Assembly (NCBI GenBank): GCA_965226495.1
Contig: OZ245365.1
Location: 1,184,001 to 1,248,000, forward strand
Direction of reading: 5' to 3'
DNA length: 64,000 nucleotides
Origin: Candidatus Marinacidobacterales bacterium
Lineage (GTDB): Bacteria; Acidobacteriota; Vicinamibacteria; Marinacidobacterales; DATDRI01
Positions 10,074-18,692 of the stretch are shown here, piece by piece. How positions within the stretch are numbered: position 1 is the stretch's first letter; each line of letters begins with the position of its first letter. Made by a program: the position numbers and the translations under genes. The notes under the pieces were generated by a model that had not been told where the DNA came from, ran no database searches, and saw nothing but the letters and a program-made list of their open reading frames with translations.

Positions 10074-11552
10074 TTATTGGAGGCCGCGGATCGCCACGCC
10101 CGGCGAAACACCCTCGACGATTTCGGAATCACGCACCACGAACATTCCACCGACCAAAACGTGAATGATGCCGCCCGAAGGCGCGTCTCCGCGCGTGTAA
10201 TTGGCTCGGTCGATGATCTTTTCCGGATCGAAGATGGTTAGATCGGCGTCGGCACCTTCCTGAACGCGACCCTTCTTCTTCATTTGCGCGGAGGCTCCCT
10301 CCACTCGCTGTGCCGGCAGTAGGGTCATTTTGCGGAGAGCGTCCATCAGACTCAACGATTTGCGCTCGCGCACATAGTGACCGAGAACGCGCGAGAAAGT
10401 GCCGGCGCCGCGCGGGTGGGCAGGTCCGTGGAGGTAGGGGATTCCGTCGCTTGCCACCATGACGTCTGGCTGGGCGACGATCCACTCATTGGTCTTCTCC
10501 GTGCGTCCATGGATGATGACCCAACCCCCTTGCTCTCGGTACTTCCGAAAGGTTGCTGCGGTCAAACGCTCACCCGTTTCAGGCCATTGAAGCTGCCGGT
10601 AGTCCTCATCGGTGAGTCCCTCCCAGGGGTCGAAGAGAGCCGACTGAATCAATGTGGATCCCGCGGTGTAAGGATAAGACTCGGTGGTCACGTCGAGCCC
10701 TCTTTCGCGCGCACCGCGGATCATCCCCAGAGTGACTTTCGCAGCTTCATCGGCGCTGCTGTTCATATGAACGATATGGACGGAGACTCCGGTTGAGGCG
10801 GCATTGGAGATTGCCTCTTGGAACTTTCCGAGCGTCCCGCCAGAATTTTCGCCGCGAAGGTGGAGATAGACGGCGACACTGTGATCGGCCGCCAACTCGA
10901 ACAGCCGGAGGATTTCGAAGCGCGAAGCGCCCGGTGTATACGTAATCCCGAAGCCTAGTCCGAGCCCGCCTTCGTCGAGTCCCTTTGTAAGCATCGCAAC
11001 TAGCTTGTCGAGCTCCTCGGCGGACGCTTCCTTATAGGCGTGGTCGCCCTTATTGAGCTCGGCTTGCTCCTCGGGTGGAAGGGTGGGGATGTGTCTGAGG
11101 TTGATCCCGTCCATGAGCTTGGCTCGAGCCGGCCAATGTCCTGCGGTCGCTCCGTAGTGAATGAGCGCGTCGCCTTCACGTGAGGCCAGCCACTCTCCCA
11201 CCGGATAGACTCCGACTTCCATTTCTAAGGCCGTCGTCACACCATCCGCGGCTTGAAGACGATTACTGACCGGGTCCTGGCCATGGGCATGAAGGTCGAT
11301 GAAGCCGGGAGCGACGACGAGTCCCGTTGCGTCAATCTTCTCCGGCGCTTCGAGCACGTCTTCGGTAATCGCGACGATCGAACCGTTCGCGATGCCCACG
11401 TTTCGCACCGCATCGAGTCCGGTTTCGGGATCCATGACCCGTCCGCCCGAAATCACGAGGTCGAGCGGCTCGGTCGACTGGGCGCGTGCAACGCTTGGGC
11501 TCCACAGTAGAGCCGCCAATAGAAGAGGGAACATTTTCCGAAGTGGTTTCAT
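10074..11552 (-). CDS. Secreted amidohydrolase (N-acyl-D-amino-acid deacylase-like)
   Basis: APGFIDLHAH, VASDG, HPRGAGTF and GADADLTIFDP motifs. Confidence 0.9.
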   Translation of the reverse strand: MKPLRKMFPLLLAALLWSPSVARAQSTEPLDLVISGGRVMDPETGLDAVRNVGIANGSIVAITEDVLEAPEKIDATGLVVAPGFIDLHAHGQDPVSNRLQAADGVTTALEMEVGVYPVGEWLASREGDALIHYGATAGHWPARAKLMDGINLRHIPTLPPEEQAELNKGDHAYKEASAEELDKLVAMLTKGLDEGGLGLGFGITYTPGASRFEILRLFELAADHSVAVYLHLRGENSGGTLGKFQEAISNAASTGVSVHIVHMNSSADEAAKVTLGMIRGARERGLDVTTESYPYTAGSTLIQSALFDPWEGLTDEDYRQLQWPETGERLTAATFRKYREQGGWVIIHGRTEKTNEWIVAQPDVMVASDGIPYLHGPAHPRGAGTFSRVLGHYVRERKSLSLMDALRKMTLLPAQRVEGASAQMKKKGRVQEGADADLTIFDPEKIIDRANYTRGDAPSGGIIHVLVGGMFVVRDSEIVEGVSPGVAIRGLQ

Positions 11553-11637
11553 TCTCTCCCTTCCTAGGAAGTAGGTTTCATACCAGGGGCGGGGCGGTTT
11601 CTAGCAGTAAGACGGTGCTCGGGTCGATTGGCTCGGA

Positions 11638-12540
11638 TTACGGCGACGCTTCGCGAAAGTCGGCCGGTGCGCAGCCAAAGTGATCACGGAAGGCTCGGGA
11701 GAAGTGGCTCCGGCTGGCGAAACCGACTTTGCCGGCGACGTCGTTCACCGACAGATCGGCGCGATGCAACAGACGGGCGGCGCGTCTCAGCCGGACGTCG
11801 CGTAGGTAGTCCATCGGCGTGCGCTCGAAACACTCGTGGAACCGCTTGGCGAAGACCGACCGGCTCATGTTCGCGAGCTCGGCAAGTGATTCCAAAGAGT
11901 GGGGGCGCTCGGGCCTCGCGAGGAGCTCGTCGAGAACCGGAGCCAGGCTAGGGTCCTCGAGTGCGGAAAGCCACGGCAACTGGTCCGAATGATCGCTCAG
12001 TCGCCGGAATACCGAGATCAGGCATTGGTTCATGAGCGCAGTCATCATAGCGCTGCTGCCAGGCTCGCCGGCTCCAAACTCCGCGACCAGAGACTCGAAC
12101 GTGGTGCGCATGGGTGGCGAGTCGGAGAAATCGAGGACGATCGCCTCCTCGAGGTGGTCAAACAAACCCGGTCCGCCCCCGCCGTACGTCACTTGGATAC
12201 GGCCGCAGGCCACCACGACCCCTACATCCTCGGAAGGACCCGCGCCGAGCTGGCAAATCGGAGCACCGGGCTCGTCACCCCGCACCGAGCTCTCATGGTG
12301 TACATCAGTGCCGCTCTCGATGGAATGAGTTAGGCGCGGCGGCATGATTCCGAGGCAGTCGGGCCTTAGCGGGAGGACTTCGCCGGAGCCGACTCGAAGC
12401 CCGCCCTCACCCTGCAAGATGAAATGGAAGATCACCCAGTCTCGGATCGGAAGCTGTAGCCGCCATCCCGGGGCCACACGGCAGGTCGCGAAAGGCTCGA
12501 CATTGAGTGCCAGGTTCTCGAAGAGTCGTTCGATGAGCAC
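11638..12540 (-). CDS. AraC-family regulator with cupin domain
   Basis: C-terminal double HTH (SLESLAELANMSRSVFAKRF; VGFASRSHFSRAF); divergent from a cysteine hydrolase gene. Confidence 0.9.
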   Translation of the reverse strand: MLIERLFENLALNVEPFATCRVAPGWRLQLPIRDWVIFHFILQGEGGLRVGSGEVLPLRPDCLGIMPPRLTHSIESGTDVHHESSVRGDEPGAPICQLGAGPSEDVGVVVACGRIQVTYGGGGPGLFDHLEEAIVLDFSDSPPMRTTFESLVAEFGAGEPGSSAMMTALMNQCLISVFRRLSDHSDQLPWLSALEDPSLAPVLDELLARPERPHSLESLAELANMSRSVFAKRFHECFERTPMDYLRDVRLRRAARLLHRADLSVNDVAGKVGFASRSHFSRAFRDHFGCAPADFREASP

Positions 12541-12738
12541 GAGGCATCTTAGTTCATGCGGGCTTTGCGCTTCAATTCGTAAATGGATGGCATTTCCACG
12601 CAGGCCGCCTCATCCCAGAGTTTCGAGACGATTTAGCACCTCATCCGGACCCAATCGCACATCCAGGATGGCACACTTACATCATGGTTGAAGACGATAA
12701 GAAACGAACCCAACCCTAAACCAGGTAGGAGGAGCGTC

Positions 12739-13395
12739 ATGGATATTACAAGTCGGGACACTGGCCTCGTCATCACGGATCCGCAGAACGATTTTCTGAG
12801 CCCCACAGGCGTGACATGGGGGCTCGTTGGCGACAGCGTGAAAGAGAACCGGACGGTCGAGCATATCGAGGAGCTTCTGAAAGCCGCGAAGCAGGCGGGC
12901 TGCCCGGTTTTCGTATCGCCCCACTACTACTATCCCACCGACCACCGCTGGAAGTTCGGCGGGACCGTCGAAAAGATGATGCACGAGATCAAGATGTTCG
13001 ACCGCACCGGAGCCCTTACGATGGATGGTTTCGCTGATTCGGGAGCCGATTGGCTCGACGTCTACAAGCCCTACATCGAAGACGGCGAGACCGTTGTCGT
13101 GAGTCCTCACAAGGTTTATGGCCCCGAGAGCAACGACCTCGTGTTGCAGCTACGAAAGCGTGGCATCTCGAAGGTGCTACTCGCCGGGATGTCGGCCAAC
13201 TTGTGCCTGGAGAGCCATCTACGCGAGCTCCTGGAGCAGGGCTTCGAGGTCTCCGTGGTCAAGGACGCTACCGCCGCCGCGCGGCATCCGGAGCTCGGAG
13301 ACGGGTACGCGTCAGCCCTGACCAACTTCGGATTCCTTGCCAGCGCCGTCCTCACCACGGACGAGGTACTCCGTTCCTTGAGGGCCGCCGCCTAA
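12739..13395 (+). CDS. Isochorismatase-family cysteine hydrolase
   Basis: ITDPQNDF and AGMSANLCLESH motifs; AGGAGG RBS. Confidence 0.9.
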   Translation: MDITSRDTGLVITDPQNDFLSPTGVTWGLVGDSVKENRTVEHIEELLKAAKQAGCPVFVSPHYYYPTDHRWKFGGTVEKMMHEIKMFDRTGALTMDGFADSGADWLDVYKPYIEDGETVVVSPHKVYGPESNDLVLQLRKRGISKVLLAGMSANLCLESHLRELLEQGFEVSVVKDATAAARHPELGDGYASALTNFGFLASAVLTTDEVLRSLRAAA

Positions 13396-13516
13396 TTCGC
13401 CGGTCTGCCGATCTGCGTGAAGGAGGCAAGCAAGGACGGAAGAGCGTGGGTCCAAGAGGCCCGCGCTCGAGGCGGGAGATGGAATCGATACGAGATTGTC
13501 CTCGCCGCTATCCACC

Positions 13517-13574
13517 AACCCCCTCACCCGCCCGCCTTCGGCGGGCGACCTCTCCCCCGCGGTCGGGGGAGAGG
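13517..13574. repeat. REP-like palindromic element between convergent genes
   Basis: CCCCTCACCC head, CGCCCGC/GCGGGCG hairpin and CCTCTCCCCC/GGGGGAGAGG hairpin; a related copy lies at 37033-37070. Confidence 0.7.
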
Positions 13575-13609
13575 CGAGAGAGGTGGTACCAACTTCGTTG
13601 GTAGGCTTC

Positions 13610-13879
13610 TTAGTCGGAGCAGCGAACACTCTTTGGTTCGCTACCGCCGCAGAGGATGTTCTCCGTTCTGCCATTTGTAATGCGGGCGCAGGCGTTGTTG
13701 CGGGCGGCCACGATCGCTTCTTCTTTGGCTGGGGCTCGCGCGGTGCGGCAGGATTCACGCCCCTTGAACTCCATGCAGACCTCGCAGCTCGCCTTGCTGA
13801 GCGCGAGCGTGGAGAGTACGACGTAGGCTATGAGGCCGAGGAAGGCCACGGTGATTCCAAGTTTCGCGGGCTTTGTCAT
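13610..13879 (-). CDS. Small membrane-anchored Cys-rich hypothetical protein
   Basis: N-terminal hydrophobic helix and six Cys, including CEVC. Confidence 0.65.
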   Translation of the reverse strand: MTKPAKLGITVAFLGLIAYVVLSTLALSKASCEVCMEFKGRESCRTARAPAKEEAIVAARNNACARITNGRTENILCGGSEPKSVRCSD

Positions 13880-13979
13880 AGGGCGGTCATTATACGGGAT
13901 GCAGCGGATCTTGATTTCGCGGGGGGGGAAGGAAACCCGTTCCCAGCCCGGGCAAACGGACTGGGAACGGGACGAGACT

Positions 13980-15482
13980 CTAATACCGGTAGTGGTCCGG
14001 CTTGTAGGGCCCCTCGATCGGCACTCCGATGTAGTCGGATTGCTCTTTCGTCAGCTTGGTCAGCTTCACGCCTAACTGTTCCAAGTGTAGGCGAGCGACT
14101 TCCTCGTCGAGCCTCTTCGGAAGCATGTAGACCTTCTTTTCATAAGAGGCCTCGTTCTGATGGAGCTCGAGCTGGGCCAATACCTGATTGGTGAAAGACG
14201 CCGACATGACAAAGCTCGGGTGCCCGGTGGCGCAGCCGAGGTTCAACAGCCGACCCTCGGCAAGAATCATCACGCTATGGCCATCGGGGAACCGCCACTC
14301 GTCGTACTGTGGCTTGATGTTGATGCGCTCGATGCCCGGGACCTTCTTGAGGCCGGCCATGTCGATCTCGTTGTCGAAGTGACCGATGTTGCCGACGATG
14401 GCCTTGTCCTTCATCTTTGCCATGCTATCGGCGGTGATGATGTTGAAGTTGCCCGTGGTGGTGATGAAGATATCGGCTTCCTCAATCACATTCTCGAGTG
14501 TGTTCACTTCATACCCATCCATAGCGGCTTGAAGGGCGCAAATGGGGTCGATCTCGGTAATGATGACGCGGCTGCCTTGCCCGCGCAGCGATTGCGCACA
14601 GCCCTTACCGACCTCGCCGTAACCGAAGACCAGCGCGACCTTGCCTCCGATCATGACGTCGGTGGCGCGGTTGAGTCCGTCGGGGAGCGAGTGCCGGCAT
14701 CCGTACACGTTATCGAATTTACTCTTGGTGACCGAATCATTGACGTTGATGGCGGGGAAGAGCAATTTCCCCTCTTCCATCATCTGATACAGGCGATGCA
14801 CGCCGGTGGTGGTCTCCTCGCTGACTCCGCGGATGCTGGACGCAAGGTTAGTGAAGTGTTTTTTGTCCTTGGCCTGCTCTTCGCTGAGAAGGTTCAGAAT
14901 GACACCCCACTCTTCTGGATCTTTGTCGGGGTCGAAGGAGGGGACGGCGCCAGCTTTCTCGAACTCGACGCCTTTGTGCACCAAGAGGGTGGCATCCCCA
15001 CCGTCATCCACAATGAGATGGGGACCGTTTCCGTCCGTCCACTTGAGCGCTTCGTTAGTGGCCCACCAGTACTCTTCGAGCGTCTCTCCCTTCCAGGCGA
15101 AGACGGGGATGCCCTTGGGGTCGTCCGGCGTGCCATCGGTTTCCGGGCGACCAACGACAACCGCGGCAGCCGCATGGTCCTGAGTCGAAAAGATATTGCA
15201 CGATACCCAGCGAATGTCGGCGCCCAGCTCGGCGAGCGTCTCGATGAGCACGGCGGTCTGAACGGTCATGTGCAGGCTACCCATGATGCGGGCTCCAGCG
15301 AGTGGTTTGTCGGCACCGTAGCGCTTCCGAAGTGCCATCAGTCCGGGCATCTCATGCTCGGCGAGTCTAATTTCCTTCCGTCCAAAATCGGCCAGGCTCA
15401 AGTCCTTGACCTTGTGAGGGACGCGGCCAGCCTTCTCGGCGGCCTTGAAAGCGTGCAATCCCTGAGTTGCCGTTGTGCTCAT
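13980..15482 (-). CDS. ahcY: S-adenosylhomocysteine hydrolase
   Basis: [37 protein letters not shown] and [10 protein letters not shown] motifs. Confidence 0.98.
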   Translation of the reverse strand: MSTTATQGLHAFKAAEKAGRVPHKVKDLSLADFGRKEIRLAEHEMPGLMALRKRYGADKPLAGARIMGSLHMTVQTAVLIETLAELGADIRWVSCNIFSTQDHAAAAVVVGRPETDGTPDDPKGIPVFAWKGETLEEYWWATNEALKWTDGNGPHLIVDDGGDATLLVHKGVEFEKAGAVPSFDPDKDPEEWGVILNLLSEEQAKDKKHFTNLASSIRGVSEETTTGVHRLYQMMEEGKLLFPAINVNDSVTKSKFDNVYGCRHSLPDGLNRATDVMIGGKVALVFGYGEVGKGCAQSLRGQGSRVIITEIDPICALQAAMDGYEVNTLENVIEEADIFITTTGNFNIITADSMAKMKDKAIVGNIGHFDNEIDMAGLKKVPGIERINIKPQYDEWRFPDGHSVMILAEGRLLNLGCATGHPSFVMSASFTNQVLAQLELHQNEASYEKKVYMLPKRLDEEVARLHLEQLGVKLTKLTKEQSDYIGVPIEGPYKPDHYRY

Positions 15483-15529
15483 GAGCTAATTCCTCCAGAT
15501 TAAAGGGTTCAAGTGGTACGTGTTTATCA

Positions 15530-16534
15530 TCACGCCGTTTCTTTGGCGAGTTCTTCCGTCTTTCGAGAGCGAGTCCGCCCTTTGAGGCCACGCACATCTT
15601 TGTATGCGACGGTAGCAAAGAGGGTCGGACCCATCGCGTCCACATCGGGTGAAAGCGAATGGATGGCGCCGAGGTCGAAACCGGCCGCGGCAAGGTGTTT
15701 CTTCATCGTCTGTTCCGAAAAGCCGAGCCAGACATGTCCCATTTGCTGCTTATACTCCTCCCGCTGGTGGGGGTACATGTCGACGATCATCAACTTGCCT
15801 CCCGGGCGCAACACGCGCCGTGCCTCGCTGAGAACGGCGATCGGAGCCGGCAGGTGATGCAAAACCAACATGAGCACGGCGGCATCGAGCGAAGCGTCCT
15901 GAATGGGGAGCTTCTCCAAAACGCCTTTGCGAAGGAGCACGTTCTTGTGTTTTCGCAAGCGTGCCCGCGCCGCACTCAGCATTTCGGCGGAACCATCGAC
16001 GGCCACTACGCGTTCGACGAATGGGGCTAAGAGTTCCGTCACTTGCCCTGTGCCACAGCCCAAGTCTCCCACTACCCAACTGCGATCGAGGAGCGCCAAG
16101 AGCGAGTGAGAGTAAAAGTGTTCTCCGAAAAGCTCGGTACGGAGTCGGTCCCATTCCCCGGCCGCAGAAGCGAAGAACTCCTGTGATTTCGTCCGCCGCG
16201 CGACCCAGGTGCTCTCGAGCCGCTTGAAATCCTGTATGGCAGCCGGGGTCTCCGCGATTTCTCCTCGGACGATGTTCCACAACTGCGGCAAAGCGGACCC
16301 GTCGCCGCCGTCTGGAAGATAGTAATAATGACTCGTGCCGTCGCGCCGGGACACAACCCAACCCGACTCGCCGAGCGTCTTCAGGTGGCGGCTGACCGTC
16401 GACTGGGGAAGTTGAACCACCGAGCAGAGCTCGCCAACCGTGAGCTCATGTTGTTCGAGCAGGAGCAGGATGCGGCAGCGAGCGGGATCGGTCAGCGCCG
16501 ACAAGTGATCGAGAATCGCTTCGGTGGCTTTCAT
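15530..16534 (-). CDS. sahR: ArsR-HTH plus SAM-methyltransferase-fold regulator (SahR type)
   Basis: ArsR HTH (QSTVSRHLKTL), DLGCGTG motif; co-oriented directly upstream of ahcY. Confidence 0.85.
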   Translation of the reverse strand: MKATEAILDHLSALTDPARCRILLLLEQHELTVGELCSVVQLPQSTVSRHLKTLGESGWVVSRRDGTSHYYYLPDGGDGSALPQLWNIVRGEIAETPAAIQDFKRLESTWVARRTKSQEFFASAAGEWDRLRTELFGEHFYSHSLLALLDRSWVVGDLGCGTGQVTELLAPFVERVVAVDGSAEMLSAARARLRKHKNVLLRKGVLEKLPIQDASLDAAVLMLVLHHLPAPIAVLSEARRVLRPGGKLMIVDMYPHQREEYKQQMGHVWLGFSEQTMKKHLAAAGFDLGAIHSLSPDVDAMGPTLFATVAYKDVRGLKGRTRSRKTEELAKETA

Positions 16535-16580
16535 CCGTATATCCGGATGCAGTGTTGCATCACGACGGGGATCTTGTCAA
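16532..16580 (-). promoter_or_regulatory. sahR promoter and palindromic operator
   Basis: Minus-strand TTGACA (16575-16580), TGcAACACT -10 region; the palindrome CATCCG-TATATC-CGGATG (16532-16549) overlaps the start codon. Confidence 0.65.
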
Positions 16581-16614
16581 GTGCTTGTTGGGCCTAATGG
16601 CTGCCACCCGGCAC

Positions 16615-16864
16615 TAGAGCTTTTCTGTTACATACCGTGCCGCCGCGGAGGCCCATCGTCCGAGGATGGGGCATCGGCCAGCATGCGGGCGAGTGAAGTC
16701 GGCGATGTGAAATCGCCGAGCCTTCCAAGCACATACCCGGCGTACCAACCGGCCCACTGCTTGTCGGCTTCCCCGTTCAGGAAGTTGCCCTCATAATCGT
16801 GATGGGCTTGCCCGGCGGCCCGCAAAGCGTTCTCTACATCTGCTGCTGCTGGTTTAGCGCTCAT
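16615..16864 (-). CDS. Small hypothetical protein, probable frameshift near the C-terminus
   Basis: RBS-led ORF (AHHDYE..WAGWYAGYVL). One added T near 16655 gives ..DDWASAAARYVTEKL*. Confidence 0.55.
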
Positions 16865-16919
16865 GGATTTTTCTCCCTTTCGTGATAGGTTCGCATCGAT
16901 AGCGTTTCGGAGTCTGACA

Positions 16920-17815
16920 ATGAGCCTACATCAAATCGGCATTCTAGCGCCCGGTCCAAGCCTGGGCCGGTTTCTCTTCTTCCAGCTCGCGCCCGGCGAC
17001 GACCCGCGCGCCGCGGTGAAAGCAATCCAGGGACTGGACGTGGACGAGGATATCGTTGTTGGGTTCGGAAGCTCACTCGTGCTCGCGACGGGTGGCCGTA
17101 TTGATGGCCTTCGGGCTTTCCCTAGCCTTACCGGTCCCGGGATCGAAGTTCCGTCCACGCAGGCTGCCGCTTGGTGTTGGCTCAGAGGCGAAGGCGACCG
17201 CGGTCAATTGGTTCACCGATCGCTCGTGCTCGAACAACTGCTGGAACCACTCATGTTGTCCAGCATCGTCGACAGTTTCAAGCACGACCCGACGCCGTCC
17301 GGACGGGAAGAGACCTATCCGGGTACGAAGACGGTACAGAGAATCCGACCGGCGACAAGGCAATCGCGGCCGCCATCGCGTCGGGAGGAGGCCCAGGGCT
17401 CGATGGCTCGAGCTTCGTCGCCGTGCAGACGTGGCAACACGATCTCGTCGGATTCCAGGCGATGACTCAGGACGAGCGGGACAACATCATTGGACGGCGC
17501 TTACGTGACAACGAGGAGATCGAGGACGCACCGGACTCCGCGCACGTCAAGAGAACCGCGCAAGAGAGTTTCGAGCCAGAGGCGTTTGTTGTCCGTCAAT
17601 CGATGCCATGGGCCGATCCCGACGGGGAAGGCCTCGTCTTCGTTTCATTCGGGCGGACACTCGATGCATTCGAGGCACAACTCAAGCGAATGGTTGGCCT
17701 CGAAGACGGCATCGTCGACGGTCTCTTCCGCTTCTCCCGCCCGGTATCAGGAGGGTACTACTGGTGCCCGCCGGTGGGTGATGGAAAGCTCGACTTGCGC
17801 GCACTAACGAGCTAG
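16920..17815 (+). pseudogene. Dyp-type peroxidase, frameshifted near 17305 (possible sequencing error)
   Basis: The N-half in one frame ends at SFKHDPTPSG. The C-half in another frame has GRDLSGYEDGTENP, SAHVKR and GYYWCPP. Confidence 0.8.
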
Positions 17816-17831
17816 CCGGAAGGGACGGGCC

Positions 17832-18464
17832 ATGGGCTATCGCGCGGTGGATGCCTACTACCGTCAACAGCTGTTCGACTTCTTCCGTACGTTTCAACTC
17901 CCCATCTACAGTGTCACCGTCGAGCTCGACATCACTGGCTTGAGAGATTTTACCCGCAAGCACGAACTCCCGATCTACCTCAACTCTTGCTACTTCTTTG
18001 CCCGAGCCATGCAGGAGATCGAAGACTTTCGCTATCGCCTCGTCGACGATCGGATCGTGCTCTACGACGAGCTTCAACTCGGGCTGACGGTGCCGGCTCC
18101 GGGTGGCATGTTTAGCTTCGCTCATTTCCGCAACGACCCCGATGTGTGGCGTTTCAACGAACGCGCCAAGCCCGTCCTGCAGCAAGCTAAGAGCGCTCTC
18201 CAGACGGGACCTCCTAACGACCACAACTACATCTTCTTCACCGCCGCACCCCAGCTGCGCTTCACCGGAGTCACGCACCCTGTGAAGAGTCCGATGGAGC
18301 AGGAGCCCAAAATTGCTTTCGGCCAGCATTCCGAACGCGACGGTCGTCTCTCCGTGCCGGTAGGTATGCAGGTCAATCACATCTTCATCGACGGCGCGGC
18401 GATGGGGAAGCTCGTCGAGCGCGTTCAGGAGTTCTACCGAGATCCGGCCGCCGCGCTGGGGTAG
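17832..18464 (+). CDS. CatA-like O-acetyltransferase
   Basis: YSVTVELDIT, EDFRYRL, PKIAFG and QVNHIFIDG (CAT active-site-like motif). Confidence 0.8.
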   Translation: MGYRAVDAYYRQQLFDFFRTFQLPIYSVTVELDITGLRDFTRKHELPIYLNSCYFFARAMQEIEDFRYRLVDDRIVLYDELQLGLTVPAPGGMFSFAHFRNDPDVWRFNERAKPVLQQAKSALQTGPPNDHNYIFFTAAPQLRFTGVTHPVKSPMEQEPKIAFGQHSERDGRLSVPVGMQVNHIFIDGAAMGKLVERVQEFYRDPAAALG

Positions 18465-18534
18465 CGCTGGTCGGTGGGCGCGGCAGCGCTGACCGCTTGA
18501 CTTGTCCCGCCTAAAGCGAGAGACTAGCACCGAA

Positions 18535-18616
18535 CGATACGCCTAGGGGTGGCCGCTCGGCCTGAGAGCAAACCCTCGGAACCTGATCCGGTTGATACCG
18601 GCGTAGGGAACGGCAG
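18535..18616 (+). ncRNA. TPP riboswitch
   Basis: GGGGTG..CTGAGAG..ACCC..AACCTGATCCGGTTGATACCGGCGTAGGGA THI-box consensus. Confidence 0.95.
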
Positions 18617-18692
18617 CTGGCTCTTCTGGCATCATAGAAGAGCGGCAATCTCGAACGAGTCGGTCATCTCTAGCGTCAATCTACAAGGGAGA

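Noticed and set aside
14160-15503. Long antisense ORFs (e.g. 447 aa opposite ahcY, 423 aa opposite the TonB gene)
   Set aside because: Shadow frames expected from high-GC codon bias; no recognisable motifs.
16920-17815. Dyp peroxidase as encapsulin cargo
   Set aside because: No encapsulin gene nearby and no clear C-terminal targeting extension.
17832-18464. Acquired chloramphenicol resistance gene
   Set aside because: CatA-like fold only, with no mobile context; the substrate cannot be inferred from sequence.
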